A stretch of DNA of 64,000 bases from Octopus sinensis (GCF_006345805.1 NW_021832223.1:434001-498000), one strand, 5' to 3'. Shown: positions 29,150 to 44,850, numbered from the stretch's first letter. Numbers and translations: made by a program. Notes: generated by a model from the sequence alone, not told the origin.

Positions 29150-29760
29150 CCCGAAAAGAATTGTTTGTACACAAATTGCCTATAAAGAATTGGATGATGA
29201 GTACAAAAACATCAGTGTCCTTTTGTACGATTACTTCTAGCAATAAAGGTATCAATAAGAAAAATTCTCGTTTTGTTGCATTATTAAAAAACACACATTC
29301 TGCACGAATTTTAATAAAATAAAAAAATGAATTCATAAATAATATTTATGGTCTTAAAAATTAAAAATTCAACTTTTTAGACTGATTCCAACCTTTATCA
29401 ATCCAATCAGGCTTATAACCAAAAATGCACTATATAACTTACAAGAGAAGAGATATCATGCTGTAGGCTTTGTTTCATCAACAAGCGTCGGCTATTTGTA
29501 ATAGATGGAAAAATTAATTCGCTTAAATATTCCAAAATCTTGAAAAAATGTCGGTTAAATTTAAATTTGCACAAAACGAACATTCTAGTATGACAACGAT
29601 CCAAAAAGTCCAAATAACTGTTAAATGATTACTATAAAATGAAATAAATGTTTTAGAATACCCAAGTCAATTGCCTGACATCAATTCAATAGAAAATTAA
29701 GGAAAATTTTAAAAAATCAAAGTTAGTTTAAAGAGACCGAAAGACATCCATGAATAAAAA
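29150..29760 (+). pseudogene. Tc1 transposase remnant (copy 1)
   Basis: GRLFVIDGKINSLKYSKIL and VLEYPSQLPDINSIEN motifs with stops. Confidence 0.7.
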
Positions 29761-29949
29761 CAATTTTCTATGAAAATGGGGAAATATTACTCTTTTGAAT
29801 TTCCCAAAAGGACATAATCTACAGAATGTGGGATTTCAATTCAAAATTAAAGGGTTTGGCACATACGGACATTGTGGGAATTTTCGGATTGGAAAAAAGA
29901 AATTTGTTGCAAAAAAATTCAATAAAAAGTGGAATACTTCCAGATTAAG

Positions 29950-30620
29950 GAAATTCGATGTCTCAAACATACCACTGGCATACGCCATGGAAGTTGAGCA
30001 CAATATTGAATTACTAAATTTGAAGGGAAGGATGCCTGATGAATTGTGGAACAATATGCCATTTTTTGTTAGGAATACTGCAATAAAACATGTCAAACAC
30101 AAAGTGTCGGCCAAGAGCTCTAAGTGGCTTTTTGTTAACACCCTAAACATTGGTGAAATTTGTAAAGCTGCTAAAGTCTCTGGAATTGCTGAAAAGACTA
30201 CGGGAAGGGCTTAATTCAGAAATTATGTGCCGCCTATATATGTTGATAAAGCACTGTTGAGTGAGGGACTTAAAATCCTGGAATGCGTGCGGACAACACA
30301 GCAATTACAGGAAACAAAGTCGGGGATTGACAACATTTCAGGAGAATTACAGAAGCAAACTATCGTAAAAATACTTCTTAAGACAATACAACATCGTCTA
30401 ATGCCAAATTCAGAAATGATTTGACCGGCTGTCCAAGCAGGATTCAGAAAGGACGAGATACACTTGAGCATATAGAAAATGTCCGAAGGATTATAGAAAA
30501 AACCCATGAATCCCATAAGAGTGTATACATTTGCTCATTGACTATCGGAAAGCTTTTGATTTCGTTATACATGACAAGCTGTAGTCTGGTTTAAAAGAAT
30601 TTGGATTCGATGCCCATCGG
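29950..30620 (+). mobile_element. RTE (BovB-like) LINE remnant (copy 1)
   Basis: YAMEVEHNIELL...DELW, SSKWL, KILLKTIQHRL and QAGFRK remnants. Confidence 0.7.
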
Positions 30621-31113
30621 ATGTGCACTAAATAACTCAAGTTAAAATAGTTTTTTCAACAATTAATCTAAAAAATCTCATATTTGTAATTTATTTGTTA
30701 AACTACGGTATTTAAGCAAGTTGAAGGAGAGAAATTTCACAGATACGACCTGCTTGCAAACAAACTGTCGGTTCTTTATATAGCAAAAGTAAAGATTAAT
30801 CGGGTAGTCTTGACATGAAATAGAGTTGTCTCAAAGTTCTTTAAAAGTCATATGGATAACTTATCCATCGATGAAGGAACGTTGTGTTAAATAGAACCCT
30901 GAGAGTATGCTCATTCAACAGAGACATGAAATGAAGATTATACTAACTAGGTTAAGTAATCCCAGCGTCCAAAATTCTTCAAATTCTCCTTGCATGTTTG
31001 AATGATGACTAGTTTCCTTCTATCTGAAAGTTATTCAAAATGAGTAAATATTTTATGATATCACCATCAAGATGGATATAACCCAAATTAATTAGCTTAG
31101 GCTGTACTACTAA

Positions 31114-32299
31114 ATGGACGATTGTCGTAACTATGATTTATCTCAGCAAGGGACCTCCAATCAAAAGAGGCACAGAGACCTTCCATCTTTCCCTGCAGGT
31201 CTTTCTCTGCAAAATCAGACGCGAACAGTCTCTAGACAGTCATAAATAAATTTGGTATTATAGTGGGTTCGATGGATAGGTACCACTAAGTTGGTGATCA
31301 TCAAAATCACTGGGAACAGAAACAATGCTCAACGTCTCCTAATTCGAAAGATTTTCCCCAAAATATATGGACGGGTATTTATGGTCTCGACACCTCAAAG
31401 GAATTGCTTAAAGACTCAGAGGGAAAGCTTTCTTGTCGTTTCAAACACCTAGTGGTTGATTGCTACATATCCCCAGTGGAGTTTGACATGGAGAGCCTCA
31501 ACTGGGCCATAAGAGTAGTAAGAGAGGAGGAAATGCTCAATTTAATCATGGTGAGTCGGTCAGCTACCAAATTGCAAGAACTCAAAAATTTGTATCCAAA
31601 AAGTATGACATACGCAAAAGTGGTAGGATTTAACGGCATCTGACTTAACCTTTTGCAGTCCTTGGGACCATACTCGATTACTCTTAGAACTGGCCAAAGT
31701 GTGTTGTTTGCTGATGCATCAAAGACAACCGAGATTTTTCTACCTCAGTGGACATGAATATGGCCCAGGTTGATGCAAATGAGCTTTATTCTGCTGGGAT
31801 TGGAAACTTTGATACCGAAGACTTTGTTTTCAGTCGGATTTTTACTTCGAGGAGTCTTGTGCAGTTAAGACAGACTTTTAAAGAGTATGCCAGGGTTACA
31901 CTTGTCATGTTGTGAACATTTATAGATGACAATCACTCGAGTAATAAAGCTGTCTACAGTAAAATGCTCGAGTCTGTCAAGAACTTGTACAAAGCACTGG
32001 GTAATGTTTTTGCGTCACATTACTTTTTAGCCGACTACATTATCAATCCGATTACATTCTTTGCACATTATTTAAACAAATCTTTGAAAGGTCTAGAAAC
32101 TAACGACCATTTGTTGTGCTATATTATCATCTCCAGATCTGAAGTTTGCGCTTTAAGGAATGACGTAGATCGATTTGGGCGATATCTCAGACGTCTTTTT
32201 GAATCGCTACAGAGTTCCTTTGGCTCTCTCTATCAAGCAAGATACTCCGGAGATTTTAAAAAGCTTCTACTGTTGCTATTAGGAAGACAAGGATCTTAA
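31114..32299 (+). pseudogene. Annexin pseudogene copy 1
   Basis: Four annexin repeats after splicing (GTTKLVIIKITGNRNNAQR; VDMNMAQVDANELYSAG; NPITFFAHYLNKSLKG; SRSE|IDL...SGDFKKLLL). In-frame TAG at 31233-31235 and at least two frameshifts. Confidence 0.85.
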
Positions 32300-33503
32300 A
32301 TAATACTTACTATATCGCTTTCATTTATTTATCGCCTTTCATTTATTTCAGAAGTCTGGAAAATACCATTTAAAGTGCCTTAATCCAGTTAGACGCCAAT
32401 CTTCATTAATTTACAAATTTTATTGGTCCCTATTTTAGAGGGACTGAGAAAAAAATAGGAGTTTTAGTGATATTTTGAACTTAATTGGAAATTAATTACC
32501 AAAAGGTTCAAAAAATATTATTTAAATTTATTTTTTGTTTATTTTCATATTATTTTCTATAGCCTGTTCGTATTTCAATTTACAATATAATGAGATTGGT
32601 GATTTTCTGATTTTTTGCGTTTATTTTAAGATGGCTTAATACTTTTATTTTACTCGAGAATTTCAATCTATACAACAATTTTTTCCAATTCTAAAAAGAT
32701 TAGAAAACATTAAGGTTTTCTGAGCTTTAATGATTTTGTAGAGTTTTTTGAGTTTTAATATTCGAAAACATTAGCGTTGACGCTATATATAATAGTCTTG
32801 ATAACCGCTGTATTGGATTCTTTTTAAAATTTAGAAACTAACTAAAAATCAACTTTAACATTGACTACAATTCTATTTTTCAAACGTTTTTTGGATATGT
32901 GAATTCTATCATTAACAAATCTAGACGGAGTCACCAATAAAGAGAGACTTTTAGTTAAAATTTCCTGCATACAATTAATGAACCATAATCTGCTTTTATT
33001 TGAGAACTAAATGGAAAGTAAGTAATTTCCTTTGAAATAAATTGTTTAATTAATTGAAGAATGCTACAACTTATTTGTACTTTCAAAGATGATAATGGAA
33101 AAAGAAAAAAAATACAAATAGAATAAAAATTCAAATTACTATTGATATATTAGACCAAAATGACTAAATGATGGCATCAGCTTGAAACAAGTAACTCTTG
33201 TGAAAATATTAAAAAGTCATAGAAAAGGTGCATTTAAAGAAATAGATTGACTATAAAAGATATGATTAGAATAAAAGAAAAAGATATTAATTCATAAACA
33301 AGACTGAATTTCGAAAGGACAACTGGTGCTTCGAATTGAATCGGAAAGGAAATACCGAGACGAAGATTTCAAAATTATCTGCAGAACTAAGAACTTGTAA
33401 ATTGCTACGTAAGACAGGCTCTGCCTCAGAGTGAAAAACAAAATGTGATGGATATTCTATGTCGTTATGAATATAAAAAGTCAAAAAAAAGGAGAGCGTG
33501 TCT

Positions 33504-33851
33504 TTAGTCAATAACTAATTCAATTTCCATTTTTTTAAGTATCACTATATTTTCTTTGTAAAGTCTTATAGATGAGATTAGTAAGACATCATGCTCGTTT
33601 TCAATATTTTTTAATAAATCCTTTTCAATTGTAGTTAATCTGGCCACAGTGTCATTTTTTTTAATTTCTTCTTCATCATTTATATTTTCATTATTTTCAT
33701 CTTCAATGTTTCCGCAATTTTCCATCTCTTCTATTGTGTCATTTTCTGCATATTCATATGCAAGAAATTCTTTAATATCTAACGCAGGGGTTATCAACCT
33801 TTTTAGTTCATGGGCCAAATCGATAATTAAGATTAGTATCGCGGGCCGCAA
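33504..33851 (-). mobile_element. Possible pogo/Tigger-type transposase C-terminal remnant
   Basis: Acidic low-complexity ORF (IKEFL...END...DENNENINDEEE). Only weak resemblance. Confidence 0.25.
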
Positions 33852-34379
33852 AAAATATTTTTATATTTTCCAAGCCGGTAACTCGCTTGCAATCCAAAGT
33901 GCAGTCACTGCTGATGCGTAATGAGTTTTTGATTCTTTTTTTTCTTTTTTAATTTCCATTTCCTTTATAAAGAAATACACGCTAAAAAAGTTTACAAAAG
34001 GCGTTGTAACTAAAAAGAAAGTATTATTTGTTTATTAAGTTTTTAAAATCCGGAATAAGTAAAGTCGAAGAAGTTCGTAAAAGTTGACCAAGTGATTATT
34101 CGTGAGTTTGTTACGATATTTATTTTTTTATTTGAATCATTTTACTAAATATTGATTTGCATAAATATGTAGATCCAAACATTGGAGCAGAAATTCTTGG
34201 AATATCTTCTCTTTATCAACTACTGAGGTCGTTCAAATAAGATTCAAATAACGCTCGCGATGTTCCTAAAATAAATTTACGAGTTTTACCAAATTGCCTT
34301 TTTAGCTTTCTCTTCGCTCGCATCTATGTGTTCTCGATATTTTGAGTATGGATGGAGCGGTCCAAATCAGAATGTGAAT

Positions 34380-34655
34380 TAATCCCTTATCCAATGTGCA
34401 CAATCCCACCATAGGCTGCCCAACCATCAGTAATGATATGGGTGCCGGGAAGCACGCGTCGAACGATAACTTCATTCAGTGTTTCCGCTGTCCTGTCTAA
34501 AGAATAAATGGAAAAAAGAACCTGCAACTTCTTCAAAAAAGCACTTTCTAGTTTCCCTGTCTATTCCATCCAATACCCAATGGCCTGGTCGCCAATGACC
34601 TCGATGGTACTTTCTGTGAAAAAATTTGCACTCGTCTATTTCCACTATCGACTTT
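34380..34655 (-). pseudogene. Merlin/ISXO2 transposase catalytic fragment with a 25-nt intron
   Basis: IVEIDECKFFHRKYHRG...WVLDGIDRETRKCFFEEVA|DRTAETLNEVIVRRVLPGTHIITDGWAAY. The GT-AG intron 34497-34521 restores the frame. Confidence 0.85.
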
Positions 34656-35070
34656 TCTAAAAATTAAAATTAAATGAATTACGTAATGTATCTTCATTAA
34701 TTACGAATCCCCCAAGTTTAATCGGAGCATTTGCAAGAGACACCGTAATAAGTTCTCTGCAAAAGTTCGCCCAATCTGTAATCGTATTGTTTTGTGTGTT
34801 ATATTTTTGAATTTGTCTTGAGGAATTAATTCGTTAAAATTAATAATGGACGCATTTTTGAACAATGCCGCTAGTTCTATATCATGTTGTAAATCAGTGA
34901 ATCTCAACCTTTTTTTGGTGTACCAAATGAAAAGTCAGTGTACCAAAAAAAACGTCAACCAAGTTATTTTGTGTACCAAAGAAACAAAGACTTATTTAAT
35001 TTTTTAATTAATTTTATTAACTTAAAATCTTTTTTTAACTATTTAATGAGAGCCTTGGCTTTCATGCATT

Positions 35071-35379
35071 TTATTCCTGAATATCTGGGTCCAAGCGTGT
35101 TAAAGATAATCTGACATCTTCTCGCGAGCAAATATCAAACTCTTTACGTTCACCGCTCAATATTCTGTTTATTACGCTGAATCGTGATTTCACAAAATAT
35201 GTTGTTGGAAAAAATAATAAAATTTTAATTATTTGTTCCCAAATCTTTGGAAATTTGTCTTTAAATTCCTTTTTTCGCCAAAAGGTAGACAAATCCTGGC
35301 TTTCAAACAAAATCTTGTAAGAATAATTATATTTAATTTCTATAAAAAATAATATGATAAAAAATACCAATAAATTCAT
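35071..35379 (-). pseudogene. hAT (Buster/SCAND3-type) C-terminal remnant
   Basis: FPTTYFVKSRFS...DVRLSLTRLDPDI, matching the dimerisation-domain pattern. Confidence 0.65.
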
Positions 35380-35391
35380 CTTGCAAATCCA

Positions 35392-36062
35392 ATTGTTTCC
35401 ACTAGAAGATTTGTTTCCACTAGACTAGATTTGTTTCCACTGGAAGTCATATTTTGCAGTTTTCCTAAATTCGGCAAGGGCAGATGCAGATCCAGGACGA
35501 GAAGCGGAGTCAACCAACGGTGATGAGGAAAATGAGTCTACGCAGTTAAAATTCCATACAAGTGCCATTCCCTCCCTGAACGGGAATAAAGTCGACCCGT
35601 CAGGGCGTTTTCCGTCCCCACGGTCTAGTCTTATCGGTTCTAACATCGAGGGAAATCCAGCGGCGTTAAGCGCGCGCTTCACAACGTCGTTCAATGAGGC
35701 GTGCCTGGGGATCCTGCCGGCACTGAGGCGACAAGAGAGAGGGTGTAAACCTCTCCTGTCAATAAGTTGTCCACATCTGCAATGGTGCGGCTGACAAATC
35801 TCTATGCCAAGCCGTAAACAGATTCCGATGCGGACCGATTTGTCGTCCGTAAACATGTCCGCTGACGAGATCGGTAACGCATTCAGCCAATCGCCCGAAT
35901 GCAGTTGACAGGCACAATTAATGCTTGCCAACTGATCGGCGTGTGACCGGATATCTTCAATTATGTGAGAACAATATATGCGTGCCTGGGGATTCTGCCG
36001 GCACTGAGGTGAAAAGAGAGAGGGTGTAAACCTCTTCTGTCAAAGTTTATTTTAACCTTAAG
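35392..36062 (-). mobile_element. CRE-like non-LTR fragment (REL domain)
   Basis: GDWLNALP, CRCG...HPLSC, RHASLNDVVKRAL, DGKRPDG. Includes a local ~64-bp duplicate (~35990-36050 vs ~35700-35762) and a triple TGTTTCCACT repeat. Confidence 0.85.
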
Positions 36063-36199
36063 AATAAATAATTAAATTTTAACATTATCTGATTATTTTT
36101 ATTCAACAAATAATTTAGTTAGTATTATGTTTATGATATATATGTAGCCTGGCGGATTGTTCCCCCGGATAATGGCGATCGAGAACCGTTGCATTATCC

Positions 36200-37237
36200 C
36201 AGCGTTTCCCAACCTTTTTGTACTCGCGGTACCTAAAACTAGGTTTTTTTACTCCCGGCACTTAAAAAATCAATATTCATTAGAAATGTTTTTTAATTAA
36301 TATATTTAAGAAACTTAACAAAAAATTACCAAAAGTAATTATAATAACTAATGAGACACTTGTGCTTGTTTATGTGCACACAAAATTTCCAGACGGGGAC
36401 GAATTTGCGACAAACATACGCGGAGGTCATCTTCAACTGATAACAACCTGTTTCTGGTTTTTGATTTAATGTCGACGAGACAAGAGAAAGCTTGTTCACA
36501 CGTATATGATGTTGAGAACTGAAGCAATATTTTGATTGCTTTTTTAAAAATTGAAGGATAAGAATCTTTTATCAAAATCCAGAACTTATCTGTCGTCATT
36601 TCAGTAAATTTAATTTTTAATGTTGACAAAGCTCCTCCTCTTCTGTTAGAGTAAGTTGATAGTCACATGATTCGGAAAATGGATTTCTAATCCAATCATA
36701 TATTTCAATATTAAGAGACGGAAAATAATGATTAAATCATTAATTTTTACATGATTCTTCCAAATATTTAGTTTCTGTTTAAATCCAAGGATTTTATCAG
36801 TTGAAGTTAACACATTCTCAAAATTTTCTTGTAAAGACGTATTTAACGAATTTATATGTTTGAATATATCAGTCAAATACGCCAACATATAAAAATGTTA
36901 TGAATAATTATGTACCTTAATAACCATTCTTTATTTTCGAAACATGAAACAAAGTAAATTTTATTTAACTGTCAAAAATATTGGCACATTTCTTCTTTTA
37001 GTTCATATACTCTGGCTAAAATTTTTCCTCGACTAAGCCATCTAATGTCTGTGTGGAATAATAGAGTGGTATGTTCCTTATCAAAATCTTGGCACAAATT
37101 TTTAAATGATCGATAAAGAAAAGGCCTCTTTTTAATAAAATTGATCATTTTGATAACGTCAGTGAATTAAATTGATCATTGAATTAAAATATTATTATAC
37201 AACTATAAATAATTTTAAATATTAAAGATCTCGCGGC
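36200..37237 (-). mobile_element. Truncated hAT (Buster/ZBED5-type) element
   Basis: TIR-like CAGCGTTTCCCAACC at 36200. RWLSRGK, LAYLTDIF and FSTSYTCEQAFS...RNRL...QAQVSH* motifs. The other end is cut at the TIR of hAT copy 2. Confidence 0.85.
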
Positions 37238-39542
37238 CAGTGTTCCCTCTAAGCTGCGCGCGTGCGCGGCCGCGCAGCAGTTTGCACCTTGCTGCGCAGC
37301 GAAATTTTTTTCTGCGCAGTAGAAAGTATAATATTAAAAATTGCTATTTTTTTTAATTTTTTATATGAATTTATATATTCTTATTTTCATTTCAAAACGA
37401 AAACGTGTCTATAATATTGATATGAGACTTAAGAAAAATTCTCCTTCTTTTAAGCCAGAATGGTTGATAGAGTACGTCGAAACCTTAACACCAGATTCAA
37501 AAATTCCCCAACATGTGCAACTGGGTGATATTTTTAGTTTTTCCGAAGACTGCGGAGTTGTTTGTAAAATATGTGGCGACGCTAAAGCGACTTGTGATTT
37601 TGCGAGTGGAAAAACCTGGGATATATGGAAATTGGATTATCTGAAGAGACATATTACCCATAAAATTCATTCAGATTCAATAATAAAATTAAGAAGAATT
37701 CGAGCAGGAACTGGAATCAGCTGCTTGCTCACAGAGTCTAAGGATGACCGACAGATGAGATTCAAAATGAGTGATCGTGCACGAAGTAAAATTGAAAAAG
37801 TGAAAATTCTCATTGACAATGTTATTTTGGCTCTCTCCATGAATGCTTCATTACTTTCTGTTATGAATATACATGATCATATGGCAAAATATGTAGAACT
37901 TCCTGATAGCTGGCGAAGTAAAAATTATGCATTTGAGTTTGTTGAATGCATCGACTACGTGGTCAAAGAGATATGTATGCAGGAAATTAGAGAGTCTCGG
38001 TTCCATACACTCATTGTGGACGAAAGCACAGATATATCCGTAACCAAAATGCTTATTATATATATTAAATATCGTCCTACGGGGACAAATTATCACAAAA
38101 CAGTTTTTGCTAGCATAATGAAACTTACAAGTTGTGACAGTAAATCTATTTTCATTGCAATCAAGAAATTCTACATGACAAACAATCTTGATTTTCAAAA
38201 GATGGTAATGTTTACATCAGATGGGGCATCCGTTATGCTAGGGAGAAGAAATGGCGTGGCATCACTGATCCGTGCTGAGGTTCCTCATCTTACTGAACAA
38301 CATTGCGTCGTTCACAGACAAGATCTAGGGATCGATGATGCATGGAAAAAAAATAATCTTGTGAAAAATATTGAAATATTACTCCGGACTGTTTATACTG
38401 TTTTCAGTCGATCAAGTATAAAAAAAGCTGCATTTCAGGACCTGGCTAATGTTGTTGTTGAAGATGTCGTTTCATTTAAGCCACTAAATGAAGTGAGATG
38501 GATGTCTCGGCATTTTGCTGTTAAAGCTTTGATAAAAAACTACACAATTTTAATTGAATATTTCAAGAAACAGGTTGAAGATGATAATGATCCGATTGCA
38601 AAATATTGCTTAAAACAACTTCAAAATCCTCTTATTCATGTTGCTTTAACTGTCTTAAATGAAATTTTGGCTGAATTAGCAGATTTGTGCACAGTTTTCC
38701 AAAGAAGCTGTATATCGACCATAGAAGCAGTACAGTTTGCCAGAGCAAAAATTTCGAAGCTGAAATCTCAATATTTGGATGGAAATGAAATTTACTGGAG
38801 TGACAGTGTGAAGATGTTGTTATCAACAACTGGTTATGGAGATACAAATACAGATGAAATCCTATGCTTTATCGAGCATGTTTATCTGCATTTACAAGAA
38901 AGATTTCCAGCTGACGAATTAAGAGAATGGGTAGCATTTGACACTCAAGCAATTCAAAATCAGACAAACTTTGAATTTGGAAAAGAGGAGATAATTAAAT
39001 TAGCGAAAAAATATGAAAATTTACTCTCTTCAGAAGTCCCACTCATAAAACTGCAGTCGGAATATACAGATCTCAAGTTTATTTTAAAAGAAAAACTGCA
39101 CTCTGGTGCTTTGAAAACATTTGAAGATGTAATTTACTATATACTAGCGGAGAAAAAATTTTCAGCCACTGCAACATTTGTGGATATTTGTGGCACATTT
39201 CAAGCGTCGAGTGCTGATGCTGAACGTGGATTTAGTTTGATGAACTGTATCAAAACTAAACTACGTAATAGACTTGAGATTGACCATTTGGAGATGATCA
39301 TGCGAATCAAATTCTATTTAACAAGTGGGAATACAGTGGATCTTGATCGAGTATACAAATTTTGGATACAAAATAAAAACAGAAGAGAATATCCAATTGA
39401 CTAGACCTATTTTTTTAACCATTGGTTTTTTAATTGTAAAATTTTCCCCCCCCCAAAAATTTTTTGCACACGTCACTTTATAACGCTGCACAATGCAATG
39501 TGCCCAGCGCGCATAGCTACCACTCGCTTAGAGGGAACACTG
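37238..39542 (+). mobile_element. hAT element copy 2, potentially autonomous
   Basis: Same 16-bp TIRs as copy 1. Right flank CTTGTGAG, left flank CTCGCGGC, so no TSD. Confidence 0.95.
37365..39404 (+). CDS. Intact hAT transposase (ZNF862-like)
   Basis: Uninterrupted ORF with CKIC...H...H finger, VDESTD, SDGASVM, HCVVHR, RW and AERGFS. Start may be 37365 or 37422. Confidence 0.95.
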   Translation: MNLYILIFISKRKRVYNIDMRLKKNSPSFKPEWLIEYVETLTPDSKIPQHVQLGDIFSFSEDCGVVCKICGDAKATCDFASGKTWDIWKLDYLKRHITHKIHSDSIIKLRRIRAGTGISCLLTESKDDRQMRFKMSDRARSKIEKVKILIDNVILALSMNASLLSVMNIHDHMAKYVELPDSWRSKNYAFEFVECIDYVVKEICMQEIRESRFHTLIVDESTDISVTKMLIIYIKYRPTGTNYHKTVFASIMKLTSCDSKSIFIAIKKFYMTNNLDFQKMVMFTSDGASVMLGRRNGVASLIRAEVPHLTEQHCVVHRQDLGIDDAWKKNNLVKNIEILLRTVYTVFSRSSIKKAAFQDLANVVVEDVVSFKPLNEVRWMSRHFAVKALIKNYTILIEYFKKQVEDDNDPIAKYCLKQLQNPLIHVALTVLNEILAELADLCTVFQRSCISTIEAVQFARAKISKLKSQYLDGNEIYWSDSVKMLLSTTGYGDTNTDEILCFIEHVYLHLQERFPADELREWVAFDTQAIQNQTNFEFGKEEIIKLAKKYENLLSSEVPLIKLQSEYTDLKFILKEKLHSGALKTFEDVIYYILAEKKFSATATFVDICGTFQASSADAERGFSLMNCIKTKLRNRLEIDHLEMIMRIKFYLTSGNTVDLDRVYKFWIQNKNRREYPID

Positions 39543-40043
39543 CTTGTGAGGTCTCTCTATTTAAGTTAATTTAATCTGCCAATTGTTGGATCAATAACAG
39601 AAATATCTGGCTTGTTTTATACTTTACTCCTCCCTTGGTTTGCAACTTCGTGTCTACTCTGATTTCAGCACGACTATAGTTTGATGATTTCTTTTTATTT
39701 CTTGGAATTTTTAATGCTTTTAATTGATTTTTACAGTTTTGAGTGGATAAAATGTATGGATAAATTATATATCTTTAAAATATGGTTATCGTTAATTTTC
39801 ATTCAAAATCGAAAATTCTGTCATTTATGAGTATCATGGGAAACCTGGAAACCCAATCAATCCAATTCTTAACTCGTTCTTATCGAAAAACGTATCGAGC
39901 AGAAAACTAGAAGGGTGTGTGTCACTTAATTAAACTGAAGTGACCAATGTAAAAATCAAAAAAATGTCAGTCAAAAAATTTAACTTGATTTTCTCAATAT
40001 AATACAACAAGAATGAGACAATATATAAAGAAAAAGAGAGTGA

Positions 40044-42742
<2,699 letters not shown>

Positions 42743-43369
42743 TCTAACAAGAAAAAATTTATTGTGTCCCGATTAAAACAATTTATTATGATTAATTTTA
42801 TCAAGATAACAAATTTAAATTTAAAATTTACATAAATCATTTTTTTCTCAAAATTTATTCTAATATAATTACAAAAATAAATCAAGTAAAAAATGCCCGT
42901 TAACTTTAATTCTAAAGATTTCTGCAACAATTTTATACAACAACTAAAAGACACGACATATTTTTGAAGGATAATCACCCAATTCATCAGACCGAATAAG
43001 TCCTTATAAATAAGGTAATTTGTGACTAAAACAAAGTCTTCCATTATTCGTATAATTCTGGATTGGTTTTCATAAATATAAAAATTTTAAATTTTTCTAC
43101 TCATTATATGTTAAACTCAACATTACAAACAGTTTTATTAGCAGACACAAAGAATTGTCCCAACTCTCAGCTCTAGAAACACAGAATAACACATACCAAT
43201 TATAAAAATACATCAAACTCTGAACTTAATAAAAAAATTCGATGGCGTGTAGGAGAATTTAGTTTAGCCACACTTGCTAAAAATTCACGACTTTGGGTGC
43301 TTTCCAATCCAGTGACAAGACAACTGTATGAGCTAGAATGACTGTCTGTAGAGAAAATGTCATAAAACA

Positions 43370-43990
43370 CCCGAAAAGAATTGTTTGTACACAAATTGCC
43401 TATAAAGAATTGGATGATGAGTACAAAAACATCAGTGTCCTTTTGTACGATTACTTCTAGCAATAAAGGTATCAATAAGAAAAATTCTCGTTTTGTTGCA
43501 TTATTAAAAAAACACACATTCTGCACGAATTTTAATAAAATAAAAAAATGAATTCATAAATAATATTTATGGTCTTAAAAATTAAAAATTCAACTTTTTA
43601 GACTGATTCCAACCTTTATCAATCCAATCAGGCTTATAACCAAAAATGCACTATATAACTTACAAGAGAAGAGATATCATGCTGTAGGCTTTGTTTCATC
43701 AACAAGCGTCGGCTATTTGTAATAGATGGAAAAATTAATTCGCTTAAATATTCCAAAATCTTGAAAAAATGTCGGTTAAATTTAAATTTGCACAAAACGA
43801 ACATTCTAGTATGACAACGATCCAAAAAAGTCCAAATAACTGTTAAATGATTACTATAAAATGAAATAAATGTTTTAGAATACCCAAGTCAATTGCCTGA
43901 CATCAATTCAATAGAAAATTTAAGGAAAATTTTAAAAAATCAAAGTTAGTTTAAAGAGACCGAAAGACATCCATGAATTAAAAACAATTT
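43370..43990 (+). pseudogene. Tc1 transposase remnant (copy 2)
   Basis: Duplicate of 29150-29760. Confidence 0.7.
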
Positions 43991-44169
43991 TCTATGAAAA
44001 TGGGGAAATATTACTCTTTTGAATTTCCCAAAAGGACATAATCTACAGAATGTGGGATTTCAATTCAAAAGTGAAGGGTTTGCCACATACGGATATTGTG
44101 GGAATTTTCGGATTGAAAAAAAGAAATTTGTTGCAAAAAAATTCAATAAAAAGTGGAATACTTCCAGAT

Positions 44170-44850
44170 TAAGGAAATTTGGTGTCTCAAACATACCACT
44201 GGCATACGCCATGGAAGTTGAGCACAATATTGAATTACTAAATTTGAAGGGAAGGATGCCTGATGAATTGTGGAACAATATGCCATTTTTTGTTAGGAAT
44301 ACTGCAATAAAACATGTCAAACACAAAGTGTCGGCCAAGAGCTCTAAGTGGCTTTTTGTTAACACCCTAAACATTGGTGAAATTTGTAAAGCTGCTAAAG
44401 TCTCTGGAATTGCTGAAAAGACTACGGGAAGGGCTTAATTCAGAAATTATGTGCCGCCTATATATGTTGATAAAGCACTGTTGAGTGAGGGACTTAAAAT
44501 CCTGGAATGCGTGCGGACAACACAGCAATTACAGGAAACAAAGTGCCGGGGATTGACAACATTTCAGGAGAATTACAGAAGCAAACTATCGTAAAAATAC
44601 TTCTTAAGACAATACAACATCGTCTAATGCCAAATTCAGAAATGATTTGACCGGCTGTCCAAGCAGGATTCAGAAAGGACGAGATACACTTGAGCATATA
44701 GAAAATGTCCGAAGGATTATAGAAAAAACCCATGAATCCCATAAGAGTGTATACATTTGCTCATTGACTATCGGAAAGCTTTTGATTTCGTTATACATGA
44801 CAAGCTGTAGTCTGGTTTAAAAGAATTTGGATTCGATGCCCATCGGATGT
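44170..44850 (+). mobile_element. RTE LINE remnant (copy 2)
   Basis: Duplicate of 29950-30620. Confidence 0.7.

Noticed and set aside
31233-31235. Alternative genetic code (TAG as sense) suggested by the annexin stop
   Set aside because: Other genes have no in-frame TAG once introns are removed, MAP4K ends in TAG, and the annexin also has frameshifts.
36167-36199. Helitron 3' hairpin (GGATAATG...CATTATCC)
   Set aside because: No CTRR terminus or Helitron sequence adjacent; it directly abuts a hAT TIR.
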